IMG/VR virus record: IMGVR_UViG_3300042350_003822
Location: 1 to 64,000 of that record
Source: a virus
Length of the DNA: 64,000 bases
Strand: one strand, 5' to 3'
This document shows positions 58,752 through 64,000 of this stretch, piece after piece. The notes under the pieces were generated by a model that was given only the letters and a program-made list of their open reading frames with translations, was not told the origin of the DNA and did no database searches. A program made the translations under genes and the position numbers. Position 1 is the first letter of the stretch; each line of letters begins with the position of its first letter.

Positions 58752-59170
58752 TATCGTACTCTTTGAAGTGTGACACTAACTGATATAGGGTCTGGTTTAT
58801 TTATCAACATATACACAATCGTTATAACATAGCGATTTTGTTCTTCGTATGGAATGACCTCGACCCTCATGATCTTTGCTCTTGGTTCATACTGCGTTAT
58901 AGCATCCTCAATAATCTTTCTTAGCGCATTAGCTGTGAAAGCTGACATAGGCTCAAATAGCATAGCTTTGATATCCGAACCTACATCTGGCTGATAAAGG
59001 CGCTCGCCCTTATTAGTCAATATGATGTTGCGGATAGATCTTGTCACAGCCTTCTCGTTTGCAAAACGCAGTAGGACGCCAGACACTGGATGGTGGTTAA
59101 GATTGACGAGAAAATCTGAGTAGATCTCATCCTTATTCGTTAATTCTGTGAACCTATCGGCACGTGCCAT
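58751..59170 (-). CDS. gp25: Baseplate wedge subunit gp25
   Basis: AV.RSIRNI.LT.KGER...P..GS....LFEP, I..YEPR. Confidence 0.93.
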   Translation of the reverse strand: MARADRFTELTNKDEIYSDFLVNLNHHPVSGVLLRFANEKAVTRSIRNIILTNKGERLYQPDVGSDIKAMLFEPMSAFTANALRKIIEDAITQYEPRAKIMRVEVIPYEEQNRYVITIVYMLINKPDPISVSVTLQRVR

Positions 59171-59193
59171 TTACTTTATCCTATTATTGAATC

Positions 59194-59799
59194 TTATGGT
59201 TCATTCTTATAAACGTTTGCAGCCGCATCGATCGCCGCCGCCGCGCTATCGACTGTAGCTAAAAATGCCTCGGGCGAGGATGTATCAATTTTACTGATAG
59301 TATTCCCTGCATCGATAATAGCAAGAAGGCCTACTTGCGACCCTTCGATTTCCTGTAATGCAGTATTGATCAAACCAACTACTTCGCTTCTTATTTGATC
59401 GAGAGTTTCGTTTTTAATATCAACAGCACACTGAGGTAGATTTCTTGCCGCTTCTTCAATAGCCGCAATCACATTGAGAATGGCTCCGGCAAGTTTAATT
59501 AGCTTCTTGGTATACTTAATGTGAGCCTGTAGCTGAGGAGTGACTAATCCTGTAACGAACTTGGATATCCACTTGACAATAGCAATAGGGTTGGGCCCGG
59601 GTAGTTGAAGTATCGGTAGTATCTTTGCAAGCAGTTCTTTTTGTTCTTCTTGAATGTCTTTGAATAGATCCTGAATGCTACCAAGATGCTCTTCAATAAC
59701 CAGCTTTATAACTTCACAGTCGGTGTTATAACGAATCTGATCGGCCAGTTCGTTAATGTGTCTTGTATTGACGTCTAGTTCTTTTGCCGAAATTCCCAT
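59194..59799 (-). CDS. Hypothetical alpha-helical protein between gp5 and gp25
   Basis: 201 aa ORF with AAGGA RBS; no recognised family. Confidence 0.65.
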   Translation of the reverse strand: MGISAKELDVNTRHINELADQIRYNTDCEVIKLVIEEHLGSIQDLFKDIQEEQKELLAKILPILQLPGPNPIAIVKWISKFVTGLVTPQLQAHIKYTKKLIKLAGAILNVIAAIEEAARNLPQCAVDIKNETLDQIRSEVVGLINTALQEIEGSQVGLLAIIDAGNTISKIDTSSPEAFLATVDSAAAAIDAAANVYKNEP

Positions 59800-59809
59800 A
59801 ATATTTTCC

Positions 59810-60616
59810 TTAAGATATGTTTACCACAACGCCATTGAGCACCTCAACAACTTTGCCTGTCGGTGTTGTGAACGTTCCTGACACACCAACTGCAGAAGAA
59901 ATAGCACCCTTGACCGTCAAGCTACCTTCCGTGATAGTCACACCACCAGGAGCTCCCATTTTGATACCATTGCGAGCTGCAATGGTGACGTTCTTTTCAG
60001 AAACAATATCGATATCGCCCTTGGCATATACTGTCTTCACTCCTCCAACAACATCGATTGAATCAGAGGCAGCCTTAATAACCATCCGTCCATCGTTATT
60101 TATTTCGATATAGGCACCGGAGCTATGATGAATATTGATTCGAGCATTCTGGGGAGTATCATCTAATTCGATGATGTGGCCGCCTCTGGTAGTAATTGTT
60201 CTATTGAACGGATATTGCGCAGCATACGACGCCTCGGGCTCGGGACCTATAGTACTCCGAGAGATAGTATTCTTGCCTCTATGGAGCCAAGAGAGAGAAT
60301 GCCTGTTTGTATCGTTACCAGGAATCGTGGGAAAGGATCCCATAATCATTGGCATCTGCTTCTCATTACCATCCATGAAGAAACCAACAACTCGCGATCC
60401 AATTGCAAGATTGGGTGAATCTCCTACGCCATCAACACATGCAGATGTGTTCGGCATCAGGATATGGGCCCATTCCATATCTTCTGTAGTCACACCCTCA
60501 TCATGCTCATTAATAATACGAACCTTTACCCGGCCCAGTTGCTTGGGATCTTGGACATCCTCAACTACACCTATGAACCAACGGAAGCCCTCTTCCCCCA
60601 TCTGTTTAGTTGTCAT
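59810..60616 (-). CDS. gp5: Baseplate central spike gp5 (OB fold plus beta-helix, no lysozyme domain)
   Basis: WFIGVVED..DP..LGRVKVR, V.GFF.DG...Q.P...G, YP.N....T..GH..E.DDTP...RI...H.SG. Confidence 0.9.
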   Translation of the reverse strand: MTTKQMGEEGFRWFIGVVEDVQDPKQLGRVKVRIINEHDEGVTTEDMEWAHILMPNTSACVDGVGDSPNLAIGSRVVGFFMDGNEKQMPMIMGSFPTIPGNDTNRHSLSWLHRGKNTISRSTIGPEPEASYAAQYPFNRTITTRGGHIIELDDTPQNARINIHHSSGAYIEINNDGRMVIKAASDSIDVVGGVKTVYAKGDIDIVSEKNVTIAARNGIKMGAPGGVTITEGSLTVKGAISSAVGVSGTFTTPTGKVVEVLNGVVVNIS

Positions 60617-61980
60617 GATGTAACCTCTTGCAGATCTGTTTTAATTAATTCGAGCGCCTGAGTATATTGAGGACGGTCGCTATTCAATACAATATGTCTT
60701 ACCTTGGCAACCAGATAGTTACCACTATCGAGTCTCGACTCCCCAGCAATACTTTTTGCGTCAGAACCTGCAGGTAGTCGACACTCAATCATGTCCCCAA
60801 TGTTAATAGTAGAATCCCCATAGATATGAATCTGTATAATGTTCTGCGAAAGTTTCTGAGCGAACGCTCTTACCTTTGCCATCTTGCCGGCCATATCTAT
60901 TTCGGGTTTATCAGATCTCATAGGGAATACTGTAGCTACTGTTGTCGATCTACCATGATTGCTGGTAAATGATGTAGTCTTGCCCGAAGCTCCAGATGAA
61001 GAAGAAGACTTAAACCTGTCGGCTCCTTCATTATCGGTATACGTTACCTTTGTGACATCGCCGGTGATTAAATCAAACTGCTGGACCTGGTTATTGAGAC
61101 CCCCCGACTTGATCTGGGAAATTGTATCACCAAATTGTATTTGATTGTATGCGATAATATTTCTCGTCGTGACATTCTTTGCATTATCTTTTCTCGATGC
61201 ATCAAAGAAAAAGATCTTGTCACTATTTCCAGCTTCGATTGTCTTGGCTCCTTGTTCCATCAATTGCTCAATGGTAACAAAGTTGAATCCGTTTCTATTC
61301 TCATAAAAACAAAATGAAGACGATTCGTATCTTGACGAAATTGCCTTTTGCCTGACATAGTCGATTGCCTGGAGTGGTGCATATCTCGTTATCAGAACGT
61401 CCAGGATACCACTAGTGGAAGCAATATTCAGCTGCTTCTGAGATGGGAGAAACTCTTCGAATATTCTTTTGATAATATTATCTGCAGTGTTGCTCTCTTT
61501 GATGTTGACAAGCTGCTTGGAATTGTGTATAAGCTCAGCAGAGACACATTGAAGAGTATAGGTAATTTTATTAGTGGACTCGGTAACTTTCTTATCTTTG
61601 ACGCTATTGACTCTAAACAAAAACGTCGCCGGTGCACCTTTTAGTTTGGGAGTGCTAAACGATATCTTAATATATTCTTCGCCAATGATAGGGAAAGACT
61701 GTAGTAGACCCATACTATCAGAGATAACAACCTCTGCAAACATTACAGGAGACATAATACTCTCGTAGATATCAAACCCCACACACTGCTTCATGAGAGA
61801 ATATACACGGTCCTGGCCTTCAGACATCAGAACGATATCAGTCAGAGTCACATCCCCCGGCTGATAATCGGAAGGAGACTTTGCGTTGGCACCGTCTTGG
61901 AACGCACCAACCACTGCCGAAGCTACTGCTCCGAATAAAGATCTCTCTACACTTTCAAAAAGGTTTCTAATTAAACTCAT
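60613..61980 (-). CDS. Baseplate hub protein (gp27-like)
   Basis: IYES+..P, PIIGEE.I.ISF, F.FYEN..GFNF..I, GD.....G..I, SG.YLV..VRH; between gp53 and gp5. Confidence 0.7.
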   Translation of the reverse strand: MSLIRNLFESVERSLFGAVASAVVGAFQDGANAKSPSDYQPGDVTLTDIVLMSEGQDRVYSLMKQCVGFDIYESIMSPVMFAEVVISDSMGLLQSFPIIGEEYIKISFSTPKLKGAPATFLFRVNSVKDKKVTESTNKITYTLQCVSAELIHNSKQLVNIKESNTADNIIKRIFEEFLPSQKQLNIASTSGILDVLITRYAPLQAIDYVRQKAISSRYESSSFCFYENRNGFNFVTIEQLMEQGAKTIEAGNSDKIFFFDASRKDNAKNVTTRNIIAYNQIQFGDTISQIKSGGLNNQVQQFDLITGDVTKVTYTDNEGADRFKSSSSSGASGKTTSFTSNHGRSTTVATVFPMRSDKPEIDMAGKMAKVRAFAQKLSQNIIQIHIYGDSTINIGDMIECRLPAGSDAKSIAGESRLDSGNYLVAKVRHIVLNSDRPQYTQALELIKTDLQEVTS

Positions 61981-62819
61981 CTAGCACTCATAGTTCTCTT
62001 GAGATCATTAACTGCCTGAGAAGCGTATCTTACATCAAGTAATTTAATGACCTTCTTGGCTTCATTGAGGTCCTGTTCATATTCTAAAAATGTTACAGGA
62101 GACCAGAAAGGAGCATCCACCGCAGATATTGGTTGGAGGATTGTTGTGATCGTGCCCACTGTTGCAGTGGCGCCTGACTCTTGACCAGTAATAGTCCCTG
62201 ATAATGTTCCTGTAATATGCTGAACAGTTAAGGCAGTATTACTTACGTGCGTGACAAATGCATAGTTAGTGCCGTTGGTCTGAACTTCTTCGCCGACCTC
62301 GAATGTTCCTGTCACAGACGAGATAGCAATAGATTGAATCTTATTCGTGGCTATAATGTCGTCGTGTCTCTTACGGACATATCTTGCAACGTTTAAGACA
62401 TTGTCTAATATTGGTTCGTAATACTTCTGCGTGCCATTAGCCAGCGAATTAAACTGTGTGGGTGTAATTGAAACGTCTATATTGTCGTACCAGTTGTTTC
62501 TATATACCTTGATCTTACGAGCAGCTAGATCATAGGATCCATATTTGGATGTGATGTGATCGTTGAAGTCATCATCGTTTAATGTGAGGTCGAAATAAGG
62601 ATCAATAACGTCATTTGTGAGCCAAATTAGCCATGTATAGCCTGGATTCTCGTAATAGAGGTTGGATAGAGTGTCGATCCTATCGTCAGCGTCCATGGTA
62701 TACGGATAGAAGGCTGTTTGATTGCTTTTTATGCTATCAGAAAGGCGCGATCTAGACATAATGTTCTTGACTAGATTGTTTGCATATGTAATTGTGGGGA
62801 GCTTGTCGAAATAGTTCAT
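61977..62819 (-). CDS. gp53: Baseplate wedge protein gp53
   Basis: YF.K.P.I.Y, R.D.LS..YY......W.I.L.N...DP, EYE..LNE.K..IKLL. Confidence 0.88.
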   Translation of the reverse strand: MNYFDKLPTITYANNLVKNIMSRSRLSDSIKSNQTAFYPYTMDADDRIDTLSNLYYENPGYTWLIWLTNDVIDPYFDLTLNDDDFNDHITSKYGSYDLAARKIKVYRNNWYDNIDVSITPTQFNSLANGTQKYYEPILDNVLNVARYVRKRHDDIIATNKIQSIAISSVTGTFEVGEEVQTNGTNYAFVTHVSNTALTVQHITGTLSGTITGQESGATATVGTITTILQPISAVDAPFWSPVTFLEYEQDLNEAKKVIKLLDVRYASQAVNDLKRTMSAR

Positions 62820-63778
62820 GTGTCAGTGGCTCCGTCTGTTGGATTGCTATCGTCTGAAGAACCCGTCAGCAGATTCTGTACTCCTTCGGTCAAACTTCCA
62901 GCAATATCTAATACCGCTCCGTAAAAGTCAATAGCTCCCCCACCATTTTCTCCTCCGAAATCGTTAGAGAGAAAATACTCAATTTCCTTGAAGTTAATCG
63001 ATAGCTGCACTACAACAGGCTCATTGTGACCACCAGCAAAGAACGCCGGCGCACTTCCTGCAGTATAGTTAACATTGACAGATGCCATAAAGGCTCTTTT
63101 CATTTTGATAATAGAGTTATCACTCCACCCAAAGTCTCCGCGGCCGCCATTGTCCCAAGGATAGAAGTTAACCTGGCACAGGTATGGATAGTTAAGAATA
63201 GCAGCAGAATCGGTAACCTGATTGCCTGGCAACGCTCTCATTTTCAGGTGGTTGATTATAGCACGAATCTTTTTACTGTCTGTTTCATTAGTGGGCATCA
63301 AAGTCCAGGTAAGACTCATTTCTCTTAGCTGTGGGCCTTGAAATGCTACTGCTGGATTGGGGTTAGGAGCAACGCCGAGACCTTGTTGAATAGCAGATGA
63401 AAACGAATCAGCATTATCAGAGATTACACTTCCTGCTACACTCGCGAGCATACCGACACCTACGTTCGGGATTACCTGGGCAGCGGTCGACAAACTGGCA
63501 CCTAGCGCAGCAGGGGCTGCAGATGCTGAGCGTAGTACCTGGGCCATTGCTCCCGAACCAACATCATCGTTCATAAAGTCTCCGACAATTTTCATGTCGA
63601 TGTTGTTGTAAGAGACCGCAGTGTCGTCTCTCAGTTCTGCTGGCAGCGGGAGACGGATGATCTTGTCTAGTTCGTACTTAGGCTCATCGAAAGGCTCGGG
63701 CATCTCGTATTTCATAAGAGAAAGAGTGCAATAGTATTTCGCAGTATCGAGGATACCATACGCTGATAGTGCCGCCAT
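62816..63778 (-). CDS. Baseplate tail tube cap (gp48-like)
   Basis: I.LP.P..L.D...V.Y, NP.....FQGP.LR.....W...P....S..I..II, V.VNY, L...FKE.E. Confidence 0.72.
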   Translation of the reverse strand: MAALSAYGILDTAKYYCTLSLMKYEMPEPFDEPKYELDKIIRLPLPAELRDDTAVSYNNIDMKIVGDFMNDDVGSGAMAQVLRSASAAPAALGASLSTAAQVIPNVGVGMLASVAGSVISDNADSFSSAIQQGLGVAPNPNPAVAFQGPQLREMSLTWTLMPTNETDSKKIRAIINHLKMRALPGNQVTDSAAILNYPYLCQVNFYPWDNGGRGDFGWSDNSIIKMKRAFMASVNVNYTAGSAPAFFAGGHNEPVVVQLSINFKEIEYFLSNDFGGENGGGAIDFYGAVLDIAGSLTEGVQNLLTGSSDDSNPTDGATDT

Positions 63779-64000
63779 TAGATTGTCGCATCCAGAATCA
63801 TGCCAGCGTTTCTCTTCTTAGCGGCAATCTTAGTTGATGGGTTGATATCTGACAGATACGCATCAGTATTCTCGAGGCCTCTTCTTCTCAGCTTTTTGAG
63901 GTCAGCTCCTGCAACGCGGGCAGGATCTTTTCCGGCTAATGCATAGAACATATCTGAACCTTGGTTCACAATAGAGTCTGTCTTCTGTGAAGTAAAGGCA
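63778..64000 (-). CDS. 3' end of a hypothetical gene, truncated by window edge
   Basis: Frame stays open to the window end; its stop overlaps the start of the gp48-like gene. Confidence 0.5.
   Translation of the reverse strand, partial: AFTSQKTDSIVNQGSDMFYALAGKDPARVAGADLKKLRRRGLENTDAYLSDINPSTKIAAKKRNAGMILDATI

Noticed and set aside
66-63328. Many short plus-strand ORFs antisense to structural genes (e.g. 23298-23888, 42589-43062, 55714-56205, 60135-60623)
   Set aside because: Shadow ORFs from the codon bias of T/G/A/N-rich genes; fully overlap well-supported minus-strand CDSs
1-64000. Stop-codon reassignment, tRNA genes or invertible fibre cassettes
   Set aside because: Core genes are full length in the standard code with TAA, TGA and TAG all used as stops; no intergenic space with a tRNA fold noticed; no invertase or flanking inverted repeats seen

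Overview
A 64 kb segment of a large T4-superfamily myophage genome, close in gene order to the cyanophage-like and alphaproteobacterial T4-like phages. It holds nearly the whole virion morphogenesis region on the minus strand. In transcription order: baseplate (gp48-like, gp53, hub, gp5, gp25, gp6, gp7, gp8, two VrlC-like proteins); a ~26 kb accessory fibre and adhesin island (three collagen-like fibres, two S74-chaperoned fibres, two LamG proteins); a 2OG-Fe(II) oxygenase; neck, terminase and tail genes (gp13-gp19), with a GIY-YIG-type endonuclease between gp16 and gp17; head genes (gp20-gp23); gp3; uvsY; uvsW; and the gp55 late sigma factor, cut by the window edge. The only credible plus-strand genes are a two-gene operon inside the fibre island encoding three glycosyltransferase domains and an FkbM-type methyltransferase. 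It has a sigma70-type promoter sharing a spacer motif with the uvsY promoter. Together with 31 invariant GFTGS motifs in Lys-free collagen domains and a small-Asn-Thr bias in virion proteins, this suggests a phage-encoded virion glycosylation and methylation system. That is an inference, not a demonstration. All calls come from motif recognition and gene order without database searches, and all counts are by hand.
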